Of a DNA stretch of 64,000 nucleotides, positions 32,432 through 42,726 are shown piece after piece. The position numbers and the translations under genes are program-made. A model generated the notes under the pieces. The model did no database searches. It was not told the DNA's origin and saw only the letters and a program-made list of their open reading frames with translations. The stretch lies in NCBI GenBank assembly GCA_964631685.1, contig CAZVZU010000004.1, positions 33,249-97,248 on the forward strand, given 5' to 3'. Positions within the stretch are counted from its first letter, which is position 1. Each line of letters opens with the position of its first letter. Source of the DNA: an uncultured Actinomycetes bacterium (GTDB lineage Bacteria; SZUA-79; Acidulodesulfobacterales; Acidulodesulfobacteraceae).

Positions 32432-34156
32432 ATGATAGCCTATTTTGTCATGGAATGTGCCGTTGACAGTAAAATACCAACATACAGCGGAGGGCTTGGC
32501 ATTCTTGCAGGAGACACATTGCAAAGCTTTGCCGATCTTGAGGTTCCTGCCGTCTGCATAACCTTGCTGTGGAAAAAAGGGTTCTCCAATCAAAGCCTGT
32601 CCGGTAACGGAACCCAATTCGATTCTATCCAGGAATGGGATATTGAAAAATATATGCAGCCGACGAATATGAAAATCACAATACCACTAGGCGACAAAGA
32701 TATTGTGGTTACCGCCTATAAATATACGGTAGAATCTATAAAAGGCAACAATGAAATCGATGTCTATTTTTTAACCCCCGATGTTCCTGAAAATGACGCA
32801 GAAACAAGAAAAATATGCGACAGATTATACATTGGAGGGGGTTTGACCCGCCTTAAACAAGAAATCATACTCGGCATAGGCGGATACGAGATGTTGAAGG
32901 AGATAAAATACAAACCGTTTTTATATCACATAAACGAAAGCCACTCCGCCTTTTTGATAGCGGGACTAATGAAGGATATGAAAGATTTAAATAAGGTTAA
33001 ATCAAGGGTTGTTTTTACAACGCATACACCTATACCCGCAGCCTTCGATAAATTTAAAATGAAAGATATCTCGGATATGCTGAACAGGTATTGCAATAAA
33101 CAAGTACTTTACGATGTATATAGGGAAAAGTTGAACGATAATGACGAGATCAATCTCTCATGGCTTGCCATAAGAAATGCCAAAAATGTAGTGGCTGTTT
33201 CAAGGAAACACAAGTTTGTATCTGAATCTATATTCCAAGGGCATAAGCTAAAATATGTAACCAATGGGGTACATCATGTAAAATGGACTTCTTCTCATCA
33301 CAAAATGTTGTATTCAAAGTATATTAAAGGATGGGAAGATGACCCAAATTTACTCAGAGGGGCCGCATGCATACCAGATAGCGAGTTTGCTCAAGCGCAT
33401 ATATTATCAAAAGAAGCCCTGATAGAGACAATAAACTCCGAAACGGATGCGTCATTTACTGTAGAAAATTTTACAATAGCTATGGCAAAGAGGGTAACAC
33501 GTTACAAAAGAAATAACCTGATACTTTCGGAGCCGGATAAGCTAATAGAAATTGCGGAAAAGAAAGGATGTATTCAGATTGTGTTCGCCGGCAAAGCGCA
33601 TCCTGCAGATACGGACGGTAAACTCATGATTAAGTCCATCCACGATTCCGCTAAATATATCTCATCAAAAACCAAAAAAGTCAAAATAGTCTTCCTAGAA
33701 AATTATAATATTCACATGGCAAATATCATATTGACAGGGGTAGATTTATGGCTTAATAATCCCACAAGGCCGCTGGAGGCATCCGGAACAAGCGGCATAA
33801 AGGCATCTCTTAATGGTGTTCCAAATTTTAGCGTGCTTGACGGCTGGTGGCTCGAAGCTTGTATAGAGGGAATTAATGGCTGGGGGATAGGACCTAAGTC
33901 TGCATGGACAGATCTTAGCCACTCAATTGACATGCAGGATCTAAACGATATTTACGGAAAACTTGAGTTTATCATACTCGATTTATACTATAAAAATTTT
34001 TCATTCTACCTTAAGATCATGAAAATGGCGGTCTCCACTATAGCTCCCCATTTTAACACTAATAGGATGGTTTCAGAGTACGTTACAAATTTATACCTTA
34101 CGGGCATAGTTATGTGCTATCTGGAGAGAGAGCAAAACGGTATCTGTGATATGTGA
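32432..34156 (+). CDS. glgP: Alpha-glucan phosphorylase (short form)
   Basis: YSGGLGILAGD, HINESH, FTTHTP, VTNGVH, AGKAHP and EASGTSGIK motifs. Confidence 0.93.
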   Translation: MIAYFVMECAVDSKIPTYSGGLGILAGDTLQSFADLEVPAVCITLLWKKGFSNQSLSGNGTQFDSIQEWDIEKYMQPTNMKITIPLGDKDIVVTAYKYTVESIKGNNEIDVYFLTPDVPENDAETRKICDRLYIGGGLTRLKQEIILGIGGYEMLKEIKYKPFLYHINESHSAFLIAGLMKDMKDLNKVKSRVVFTTHTPIPAAFDKFKMKDISDMLNRYCNKQVLYDVYREKLNDNDEINLSWLAIRNAKNVVAVSRKHKFVSESIFQGHKLKYVTNGVHHVKWTSSHHKMLYSKYIKGWEDDPNLLRGAACIPDSEFAQAHILSKEALIETINSETDASFTVENFTIAMAKRVTRYKRNNLILSEPDKLIEIAEKKGCIQIVFAGKAHPADTDGKLMIKSIHDSAKYISSKTKKVKIVFLENYNIHMANIILTGVDLWLNNPTRPLEASGTSGIKASLNGVPNFSVLDGWWLEACIEGINGWGIGPKSAWTDLSHSIDMQDLNDIYGKLEFIILDLYYKNFSFYLKIMKMAVSTIAPHFNTNRMVSEYVTNLYLTGIVMCYLEREQNGICDM

Positions 34157-34166
34157 GCAGGCTGCT

Positions 34167-35204
34167 TTATGTATTTGGATTTATTATAACCTTGAGAGAT
34201 TCTTGCGCTTCGACCGTGAGTTCAAATCCTTTCGCGATATCCTTTAAAGGGAACCGATTCGTTATCATGTCACCCACTTTAACCCTTTTCGACCTAATAA
34301 GCTCAAGCGCTGCCTCATGATCAAATATGGACCCTGCATAAGAGCTCAAAAGCGTTACCTCGGTTCTCCAGAATATTTCATTCATAGACAGGGGTAAATT
34401 TGCTCCCTCGTCTGCTGCGCCAAAAAATAAGACTGTTCCTCCCCTACGGACAGACTTAAGCCCTTGTTTGACGGCGCTAGTCGCTCCTGTAGATAAAATT
34501 ACCGTGTCCGCTAAAAAACCATCATTTATTTTCCTAATCGCATCCGATAAATTTACGCTTTTGTCCGTAGCATTAAATGCGTAATCAGCTCCAAATTGTT
34601 TAGCATATTCAAGCCTTCTATCGTTTATATCCGTCGCTATAATCTTGGTTGCACCTGTTATTTTCAAAAGATTAATATGGAGAAGGCCTGTAAGTCCGCT
34701 TCCAATGACTAAAACAGTATCTGCGGGTCTCACACCTGCCAATCTTTGCCCCCTGAGAACGCAGGCAAGTGGCTCAATAAATGTTCCATCCTCAAAGCTG
34801 ACAGAATCCGGCAAAACATACATACCGTTCTTAACATTAATCTCGGGTAATCTCAAAAACTCGGAAAAACCACCAGGGTCAAAGCTTGTAGAACGCAACG
34901 TATCACAGACGGTCTGATGCCCGCTTAGGCAATATTTACAAGTATTACACGGAACATGGTGAGCGACACAAACTCTATCGCCTTTCTTATATTTACCAAC
35001 ATTCTTTCCGATATTCGTTATTACACCCGTAACCTCATGCCCTAAAACAAGAGGAATCTTGTCCCTTCTATACCATTCTATGACATCGCTCCCACAGATC
35101 CCGCTTGCTTCAACCTTTATTAGGACCTCGTCGTTATCTATTTCTGGAATGTCTTTATCGATTATTCGTATATCTTTATTACTATAGTACAATGCACAAC
35201 GCAT
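34167..35204 (-). CDS. Zn-dependent medium-chain alcohol/polyol dehydrogenase
   Basis: GICGSD, GHE, CNTCKYC..C structural zinc site, GSGLTG. Confidence 0.92.
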   Translation of the reverse strand: MRCALYYSNKDIRIIDKDIPEIDNDEVLIKVEASGICGSDVIEWYRRDKIPLVLGHEVTGVITNIGKNVGKYKKGDRVCVAHHVPCNTCKYCLSGHQTVCDTLRSTSFDPGGFSEFLRLPEINVKNGMYVLPDSVSFEDGTFIEPLACVLRGQRLAGVRPADTVLVIGSGLTGLLHINLLKITGATKIIATDINDRRLEYAKQFGADYAFNATDKSVNLSDAIRKINDGFLADTVILSTGATSAVKQGLKSVRRGGTVLFFGAADEGANLPLSMNEIFWRTEVTLLSSYAGSIFDHEAALELIRSKRVKVGDMITNRFPLKDIAKGFELTVEAQESLKVIINPNT

Positions 35205-35205
35205 A

Positions 35206-37020
35206 TTAAGGCCTGCCTTCTTCTATCGCAAGCAAGACATCCCTCTTTCTTAAAATCCCTTTATAGGCACCACTTCTATCTATGACAACCAATTCATCGG
35301 AATTTTTTCTAAAAAAGCTATGTACTGCAATATCTAATGTATCATTTATTTTGATCTTAGGTACCCTTGATGCATCCATTATATCCCTTGCAAGCCTTGA
35401 ATCTTCGGGTGATGTCAACATGATATTTTTTATAACATCATATTTTACCGTACCGACTATTCTGCCGGTTTTATCTATAACCGGATGCATGAAAAAATTG
35501 GAACTAAAAAAAATATTAATCATTTCATACAAAGGCATATCCGGATTCATAGGCCTAGCAACATTATCTTTTTCTAAAATATCTTTAACAGAGTATCGTT
35601 GAAGCGGTTTAATTAAATAGTCTTTAAAGTGTGCAGGCGACTCCAATCTATTATTTTTTTGCTTGGAATAGATGCTTTTTTTACCGCTTGCAACAAAGGT
35701 TATAGCAGAAACAAGCATTAAGGGTGGCAAAAGCGCGTAACTCCCCGTCAATTCCGAAACCATGATAAACGATGTTAATGGAACCTTTGCGACGCCGGCA
35801 AAGAACCCTCCCATGCCTATTAAAACAAAAGTAGATATATCCGTTGCGCTTACCAGCTGTGGTAATATCATATGGAAAATCAATCCCGCCGCTCCGCCGA
35901 ATGCACCCCCTATAACAAGGGATGGCGAGTAGACACCGGCCGAACCACCGGATCCTATTGTAAAGGAAGTTGCAACTATCTTAAGGACCCCTAATAAAAT
36001 AAGCGTCATTAATGCCAATTTACCCATTACCGCAAGTTGAAGCCAGCCATATCCTACTCCCATTATTTCAGGGAAAAAATATGCTATAATGCCAACCACG
36101 GCGCCGCCGAGCATTGGCTTAAAATGCGGCTTAATATTTATTTTAGTGAATAAATCTTGCACCGCATAAAAAAATCTTACGTAAAAATTACCCATAAATG
36201 CTAAAAACACACCAAAAACAGCATACAAAACAAGGAGTATTGGCTTGGAGTAGGTAAACGCTTGGGTCATTAATTCAGGTTTGAAACCTGCATAAAAATA
36301 TGCATATAAAGAATATCCTACGATAGAGGCTATAATGGAGAGCATTAACGAACCCCCCTCGAAATCAACGCTGGAATATAAGACCTCTACGCCAAAGATA
36401 GCGCCTGCAAGGGGAGCCTTAAAAATAGCTCCGATTCCTGCACCGATCCCTGCAACAAGAAGAGTTCTTCTCTCCGGAATAGGTAACCCCAGGTACGTTG
36501 CAAGTACGGATCCAAAACCGGCACCTATTTGCGCAACCGGACCTTCCCTACCACCGGAACCTCCGGAACCAAGAGTAACTGCAGATGCAATAGTTTTAAT
36601 TATCGGCACCCTGGCCCTTATCACCCCTTCTTTGTTGTGAAATGCATCAATCGCCGCATCCGTGCCATGTCCTTCCGCCTCTGGTGCAAATGTATAAACT
36701 AATAAACCGGATATAAGTCCTCCCGCGATTATAACTAATGGAATTACCCAATGTATAGGTGTCATTCCGTGAGGAGCGCCGGTTTTTCCCATTAATCCAG
36801 GTACGGGAGAATAATAATGGGCGAGGCTTTCCCTGAATATAAATTTAAAAAGATCAATAAGCCAGGTAAAGATTATCGCGCCAACTCCGGCAACAATTCC
36901 GACTAATACCCCAAAAAAAATCCATTTTGAAAAATATAAGACAGATCTATCTTGCCATTTTATTATTTTTCTTTTAAGATTCGTCCTGCTTCGCGTAAAC
37001 ATTTTTTTTAAATAATTCAT
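35206..37020 (-). CDS. ClC-family anion channel/transporter with CBS domains
   Basis: GHGTD, GREGP and GVYSP motifs, multiple TM helices, C-terminal CBS pair. Confidence 0.93.
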   Translation of the reverse strand: MNYLKKMFTRSRTNLKRKIIKWQDRSVLYFSKWIFFGVLVGIVAGVGAIIFTWLIDLFKFIFRESLAHYYSPVPGLMGKTGAPHGMTPIHWVIPLVIIAGGLISGLLVYTFAPEAEGHGTDAAIDAFHNKEGVIRARVPIIKTIASAVTLGSGGSGGREGPVAQIGAGFGSVLATYLGLPIPERRTLLVAGIGAGIGAIFKAPLAGAIFGVEVLYSSVDFEGGSLMLSIIASIVGYSLYAYFYAGFKPELMTQAFTYSKPILLVLYAVFGVFLAFMGNFYVRFFYAVQDLFTKINIKPHFKPMLGGAVVGIIAYFFPEIMGVGYGWLQLAVMGKLALMTLILLGVLKIVATSFTIGSGGSAGVYSPSLVIGGAFGGAAGLIFHMILPQLVSATDISTFVLIGMGGFFAGVAKVPLTSFIMVSELTGSYALLPPLMLVSAITFVASGKKSIYSKQKNNRLESPAHFKDYLIKPLQRYSVKDILEKDNVARPMNPDMPLYEMINIFFSSNFFMHPVIDKTGRIVGTVKYDVIKNIMLTSPEDSRLARDIMDASRVPKIKINDTLDIAVHSFFRKNSDELVVIDRSGAYKGILRKRDVLLAIEEGRP

Positions 37021-37114
37021 AGTGGCTGTAATGAAATTAAGTTTATAAAACGATAATATAAATGAAATTTGTAAGCTTATGTAAATTATTAAAACTTTGT
37101 CCAGTATATGACAA

Positions 37115-37189
37115 TGGTAGCCCCAACGGGATTCGAACCCGTGTTACTGCCGTGAGAGGGCAACGTCCTAACCGCTAGACTATGGGGCC
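37115..37189 (-). tRNA. tRNA-Glu(CTC)
   Basis: GGCCCCATAGTCTAGCGGTTAGGACGTTGCCCTCTCACGGCAGTAACACGGGTTCGAATCCCGTTGGGGCTACCA; cloverleaf with encoded CCA. Confidence 0.97.
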
Positions 37190-37217
37190 ATTTAAAGACT
37201 AAAATAATTATCCGCCG

Positions 37218-37246
37218 ATTATATAACATATTTAAGATAAAGTAAA
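37218..37246 (-). promoter_or_regulatory. Sigma70 promoter of tRNA-Glu
   Basis: TTTACT-N17-TATAAT followed by GC-rich discriminator CGGCGG. Confidence 0.65.
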
Positions 37247-37299
37247 ATAAAAATGTTTGCAAGGGGGGATTTCTCAAAACAATGCGCAATGATACGTAA

Positions 37300-40056
37300 C
37301 TACTTAATTGATATTTTTACTCGCCTGATGAGCTTTTCTATCTCAGTTACCGCAAATCCGGGCAATAAGGATAGTGATATAATCAACCACCATCCATTAG
37401 GAAAAGGGTGCGTTCTGAATAGAGCATTTCCAAATGGGGTATAAATTATTAAAAAAATGGATGTTAATGCCATCCCTACCCCTGTAAGCAACCATTTATT
37501 GGAAAATGGGTTGAAAGTGAACGCCGAATCGTAAATTGACCTCGCGGTAGCCAGGTACCCTATCTCTATCAACTGAACGCCCACAAACGCTGCAGTTTGC
37601 GCCTGCGTCAACATGGATAAATAATTAGGATCGGATAAAACAGCCTGAGACGCAAAGTAGTAGTATAGTAAAAATCCGGTAGCTGCCATAAATATAGATA
37701 CTAAGCCAACTCTTATCATAAACAGATGGTTAGCTATCTTTTCCTTTATATCACGCGGAGGTCCTTTTAATAAATCTCTTTCTTTCGGCTCCATCATAAG
37801 TGGTATTGTAAAAAAAATGGAATCCGCAAGATTTATCCATAAAATATGTATAGGCTCCAAAGGCAGGCGAAAAGTGAATAATGGAATAAGGGGGGCAAGC
37901 GATATTGCGCCCATTATCAGTAATGCCTGGCCTACATTTGTCGGCAATGTATAAATAATGGCTTTTTGAAAATTATTCCAAGCATGCCTTCCTTCCTCAA
38001 CCGCAGCAACAATAGTAGTAAAATTATCATCGGTTAAAATCATGTCTGCCGCTTCCTTGCTTACCTCTGTGCCGGTCATGCCCATTGCTATTCCAATATC
38101 TGCGGCCTTTAAAGCAGGGGCATCATTTACCCCGTCACCCGTAACAGCAACAACATTACCCCTTCTCTGCATTTGAACGGTAATTCTCAATTTATGTTCG
38201 GGTGCAATACGCGCAAACACAGAAACTTTCTGGACGGCCATGTATAAATCTTCGTCACTCATCTCCGACAGCTCCCTACCCGTTATAGCCATGCCGTCTT
38301 CTTTGATAATGCCCAATTGTTTGGCGATAGCCCTTGCCGTCTCAATGTGATCGCCTGTCATCATGATCACCCTTATACCTGCAATTTTGCACTTCTCAAC
38401 CGCTCCGACGACCTCTTCTCTTGGCGGATCAATCATACCTTGAATCCCCAAAAACGTGAAGCCGTACATATCTTCCACTGTAATTAGAGTCTTGCTTTTA
38501 GGTACTGTTTTATATGCCATGCCAATAACTCTAAGCGCATCAGAAGCCATATCTTTGACTGCAGATAACACACTGCCCGATTCCACGGAAACTATTTCTC
38601 CGTTAATCAACTGATTCTGGCATTGCCCCAATACTTTTTCCGGTGACCCTTTGATATAGATGATATTCTCATTTTCAGACGCATGTAGCGTAGCCATATA
38701 TTGGTGTTCCGATTCAAATGGTATTTCATCCAATACCACTGGCTTCTCTTCGACGCTACCCTTTAGCGCTGACACGACCAATGCTTTTTCCGTTGAATCG
38801 CCAATTATATCAAGAGTACCCTTTTCTTCAGACAAAACGGCATTACTGCAGAAATAACCCGCATTTAAGGTTTTGATTAATTCTATCGGCTCATCTAACG
38901 GATCAATTATCTCTCCGCTTAGCATGAATTTTCCATCAATGCCGTATCCCGCCCCCGTTACGCCGTATACTCGCCTTCCGCTATATATCCGCACAACCGT
39001 CATAGCATTCCTGGTAAGCGTTCCTGTTTTATCTGAGCATATAACCGTAGTACAACCTAGCGTCTCCACAGCGGGTAGCCTTCTTATCAATGCATTTCTC
39101 TTCGCCATTGCGATAGATGCAAAAGCTAAAATGGTAATTATCACGGCAGGCAACATCTCAGGAATAGCCGCTACGGCAAGTGAAATAGAAGCAAGAACGG
39201 CATATACAAGGGTATATTTGAGCAATACGGCCAATAAAAAATTCAGGATAGCGAGTATGGCAACGGCAATCATCCAGAATCTGGTAAACTCCGTAATTTT
39301 ACGCATCAGAGGTGTTGTAATCTTGGTAGTATCCTTCATGAATTTGGCAATCTTGCCAAATTCCGTATGCTCTCCGGTAGCTGTTACTATCCCTTCTCCG
39401 TACCCCCTGCTAACAAAAGTACCGCTGAAAATCATACATCGCTGATCGGCAGTAGATAGATTATCCAACGCTATTGGTTCAATGTCCTTGTTTACGGGAA
39501 CCGATTCTCCGGTAAGCAGCGATTCATCCACTACAAAATTTCTCGTATAAAGCAAGCGTAAATCGGCCGGGATTTTATTACCGGATTCAAGTACTACTAC
39601 ATCCCCTGGCACTAATTCCCGCGTCAAAACGGTTCTCTTGTGACCATTTCTCATGCATAAACATTCAGGAACCATCATTTTTTTTAGTGCATTTATGGAT
39701 GACTCTGCCTTGCCTTCTTGAATAAATCCGATTACGGTATTAACTGCAACACATAATAGAATAATAATCGTTTCCGGCCACTCTCTCAAGACGGCTGTGG
39801 CTATAGATGTAATCAGCAGGACATATACTAAAGGGCCGCGGAATTGATTGAGGAAACGAATGATGGCCGATCGTTGCTTAAATATTAATTCATTATAACC
39901 ATACAGCTTAAGCCTTTCTTTCGCCTCATTCTCGGAAAGCCCAGAGAGACCGGACGTAAGAATTGATATTACTTCGCCTATTGATTTTTTATACCATTCT
40001 ATTTTATTTATATCCAATATGATTGCTTCTATTTTGAATATAGCCGTTATAGGCAA
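37300..40056 (-). CDS. Cation-transporting P-type ATPase (type II-like)
   Basis: TGES, DKTGTLT, KGSPE, DPPR, TGD and GDGVNDAP motifs; true start possibly TTG 40017. Confidence 0.95.
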   Translation of the reverse strand: MPITAIFKIEAIILDINKIEWYKKSIGEVISILTSGLSGLSENEAKERLKLYGYNELIFKQRSAIIRFLNQFRGPLVYVLLITSIATAVLREWPETIIILLCVAVNTVIGFIQEGKAESSINALKKMMVPECLCMRNGHKRTVLTRELVPGDVVVLESGNKIPADLRLLYTRNFVVDESLLTGESVPVNKDIEPIALDNLSTADQRCMIFSGTFVSRGYGEGIVTATGEHTEFGKIAKFMKDTTKITTPLMRKITEFTRFWMIAVAILAILNFLLAVLLKYTLVYAVLASISLAVAAIPEMLPAVIITILAFASIAMAKRNALIRRLPAVETLGCTTVICSDKTGTLTRNAMTVVRIYSGRRVYGVTGAGYGIDGKFMLSGEIIDPLDEPIELIKTLNAGYFCSNAVLSEEKGTLDIIGDSTEKALVVSALKGSVEEKPVVLDEIPFESEHQYMATLHASENENIIYIKGSPEKVLGQCQNQLINGEIVSVESGSVLSAVKDMASDALRVIGMAYKTVPKSKTLITVEDMYGFTFLGIQGMIDPPREEVVGAVEKCKIAGIRVIMMTGDHIETARAIAKQLGIIKEDGMAITGRELSEMSDEDLYMAVQKVSVFARIAPEHKLRITVQMQRRGNVVAVTGDGVNDAPALKAADIGIAMGMTGTEVSKEAADMILTDDNFTTIVAAVEEGRHAWNNFQKAIIYTLPTNVGQALLIMGAISLAPLIPLFTFRLPLEPIHILWINLADSIFFTIPLMMEPKERDLLKGPPRDIKEKIANHLFMIRVGLVSIFMAATGFLLYYYFASQAVLSDPNYLSMLTQAQTAAFVGVQLIEIGYLATARSIYDSAFTFNPFSNKWLLTGVGMALTSIFLIIYTPFGNALFRTHPFPNGWWLIISLSLLPGFAVTEIEKLIRRVKISIK

Positions 40057-40258
40057 TATTCACATTATTGTTAATTTTATTGTTACCGCATGTTATAAAA
40101 CATCCATTATTCATGATATGTTCTCTCTCAAGAGAGCTGTTTATATTTGCGCACCCTGATAGTAAAACCGCACCCATTCCCGCAAAGAAAATAACAACAA
40201 TCGCATTTTTAAGCCTGCCGATACGACATATTTCGATTAACTTTTTAAAAAAAATCAT
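40004..40258 (-). CDS. Small putative lipoprotein
   Basis: Basic N-terminus, hydrophobic core, lipobox LSGC; purine-rich SD (GAAGGGA); fills the rfbA-ATPase gap. Confidence 0.65.
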   Translation of the reverse strand: MIFFKKLIEICRIGRLKNAIVVIFFAGMGAVLLSGCANINSSLEREHIMNNGCFITCGNNKINNNVNIAYNGYIQNRSNHIGYK

Positions 40259-40265
40259 TTTCCCT

Positions 40266-41183
40266 TCATCCTTTATGTGTACCTAATTTATTCTTAATTT
40301 TATTTTTCTCACCTTGTATTATTTTTAGTATATATTCACCATAACTATTTTTAATATACTTTTCGTATAATGTCTCTAACCCTTTGAGCGATATATAGTT
40401 CATTCTATAGGCAATTTCTTCTATACATCCAATCTTCAACCCCTGCCTTTTTTCCATCATCTCAATAAATTTTGAGGCATCAAGTAGGCTCTCAGGCGTT
40501 CCGGTATCAAGCCACGCATAACCCCTACCAAGCGCGATAGCACTAAGCTTCCCTATCCGTAGATATTCATTGTTTACATCTGTTATTTCAAGCTCTCCCC
40601 TCGGCGAGGGTTTTAATCCTTTAGCTATGCCAACGACATTGTTATCGTAAAAATAGACCCCCGTAACCGCGCAATTAGACTTAGGCTTTAGAGGCTTTTC
40701 CTCAATGCATAAAACATTTTCTTCCTCATCAATCTCGGCAACTCCATATCTTTGCGGGTCTTCTACGTAATATGTAAATATAACTCCGCCGCGGTTCTTG
40801 CTGATAATTTCCCTTGCATAATTAAATTTACTCGTAATGCCGTGTCCATAGAATATATTATCTCCTAAAATTAAACAGACATCATCCGAACCGATAAAGT
40901 CTTCGCCAATTACAAATGCTTCCGCAAGCCCGCCGGGTGAGATCTGCTCTTTGTATTTTATATTTAATCCCAAAGTGCGTCCATCACCAAATATTGCTTT
41001 AAACTTAGACATATCGGAGGGGGTCGTAATTATTAATATATCAACAATACCGGCAAGCATTAAGGTTGACAGGGGATAATAGATCATAGGCTTGTCATAA
41101 ACAGGCAAGAGTTGTTTACAGACGCTAAGAGTTATCGGTTGCAATCTAGTCCCGCTACCGCCGGCAAGGATAATACCCTTCAT
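40266..41183 (-). CDS. rfbA: Glucose-1-phosphate thymidylyltransferase
   Basis: KGIILAGGSGTRL, KQLLPVYDKPMIYYP, RGELEITD and WLDTGT motifs. Confidence 0.97.
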   Translation of the reverse strand: MKGIILAGGSGTRLQPITLSVCKQLLPVYDKPMIYYPLSTLMLAGIVDILIITTPSDMSKFKAIFGDGRTLGLNIKYKEQISPGGLAEAFVIGEDFIGSDDVCLILGDNIFYGHGITSKFNYAREIISKNRGGVIFTYYVEDPQRYGVAEIDEEENVLCIEEKPLKPKSNCAVTGVYFYDNNVVGIAKGLKPSPRGELEITDVNNEYLRIGKLSAIALGRGYAWLDTGTPESLLDASKFIEMMEKRQGLKIGCIEEIAYRMNYISLKGLETLYEKYIKNSYGEYILKIIQGEKNKIKNKLGTHKG

Positions 41184-41321
41184 TAGGCAAACCACCTCCT
41201 ATTTTTATTGCAATTTCTGTTTTTATTTGACTTTATACAATATAATGCAATATGTTATTACACATCAATATAAAAAACAAGGGATCAAATAACTCTATTT
41301 CTTTAACGCGTATCAGGGAAT

Positions 41322-42662
41322 ATGGAAACAATAAAAATAGATTCGTTAGCATATAAGGGTTACGGCGTAGGCAGAATTATATCCAAGGTTGTATTTGTAG
41401 ATTACGCCTGTCCGGGAGATATTTTAAAGATAGAACTTTACAATGAACATAAAAACTATGCATTTGGCAAAATCATTGAGATTGTTAGCCCGTCACAAAA
41501 AAGAATCACACCTATTTGCAAATACTTTGGGATTTGCGGGGGATGTAATTATCTTCATATATCTTATGCAGAAGAAGTTTATCGGAAATTAGAAATTTTC
41601 AACTCAGAATTCAATAAAGTTTTCAAAGATATAAAAGATTTTGACTTATTTGATTTAACAGATAATCTTAAAAAGAGATGCTATCTTAACTATAGACAAA
41701 AAATTGAGTTAAAGGTCGTCCCACCCTTTATCGGATTTTATGAAAAATCATCCCACAATATTGTTGACATTAAATATTGTTATATAGCAAAGGAAAGTAT
41801 AAATGAATTATTAAAAAACGTAAGAAACGCACTTCTTGGCGAAGATTACGGAAACAATTTATTAAATGAAATATCAACCATAACATTAACGGATACCGGA
41901 CTAAAAAACATAACATTTGAATTAAATAATTATGCTCCAAAGCGTATCCGAAATTATGATTTAATATTTAACGATATCATAAAAAAAACAGGAGCGGATA
42001 ATATCTTTGTTAAGTTCAAAATAAGAAAGGGTAAAAATATATTCAAGTACAGCAAAGATAAAATTGATAAGCCTCTATCGAACTATTTTACATTAAAAGA
42101 CAAAAAATTCACGTATGATCTCCCGTCTTTTATACAGGTCAACAAAGAACAAAACGAAAATATGATAAGCAAAATATCGTTACATCTTAAAAACCTCAAA
42201 GAAAAAAGGGGTATAAATTTTAAAAATGCCCTTGATTTGTTTTGCGGATACGGTAATATCACCCTTTTTCTGGCTCATTATGCAAAAATGGTTACAGGGG
42301 TCGAAGAAAATTATTTTTCGATTAAACTTGGAGAAAAAAATATTAAACTTAACGATATCAAAAATATTAGCTTTATAATGTCCGGAGTAAAAGATTTTTT
42401 GAACAAAACGGGACAACGCGGATTACATTACGACCTAATCATAATAGACCCTCCAAGGATGGGCATAAAAGGATTGGTGTCAAAAATAACAAGTTTGAAG
42501 CCCTCGTTTATAATATATATATCATGCGACTTAATGACACTTTTAAGAGATATAAAAAAGTTTACAGAGACAGGATACTCGATAGATAAAATTAACCTGA
42601 TAGATATGTTCCCAAGGACGTACCACATGGAGCACATAGCATTTTTACGCAAGGAAGCATAA
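41322..42662 (+). CDS. rlmD: RNA (uracil-5-)-methyltransferase, RlmD/TrmA family
   Basis: TRAM domain, CKYFGICGGC Fe-S motif, SFIQVN, DLFCGYG, DPPR, YISC and DMFPRTYHME motifs. Confidence 0.85.
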   Translation: METIKIDSLAYKGYGVGRIISKVVFVDYACPGDILKIELYNEHKNYAFGKIIEIVSPSQKRITPICKYFGICGGCNYLHISYAEEVYRKLEIFNSEFNKVFKDIKDFDLFDLTDNLKKRCYLNYRQKIELKVVPPFIGFYEKSSHNIVDIKYCYIAKESINELLKNVRNALLGEDYGNNLLNEISTITLTDTGLKNITFELNNYAPKRIRNYDLIFNDIIKKTGADNIFVKFKIRKGKNIFKYSKDKIDKPLSNYFTLKDKKFTYDLPSFIQVNKEQNENMISKISLHLKNLKEKRGINFKNALDLFCGYGNITLFLAHYAKMVTGVEENYFSIKLGEKNIKLNDIKNISFIMSGVKDFLNKTGQRGLHYDLIIIDPPRMGIKGLVSKITSLKPSFIIYISCDLMTLLRDIKKFTETGYSIDKINLIDMFPRTYHMEHIAFLRKEA

Positions 42663-42726
42663 AACGTACAAACCCGCAGTCTCAGAGAGGACATGCGTAA
42701 CAGTTATGAATTAAATCTAACGCGAA

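Noticed and set aside
31223..37189. Possible integrative island between a tyrosine recombinase and tRNA-Glu
   Set aside because: The recombinase is in the housekeeping xerC-hslVU context; no duplicated tRNA 3' end or mobility genes were seen
37089..37289. 66-aa minus-strand ORF
   Set aside because: It runs through tRNA-Glu and its promoter
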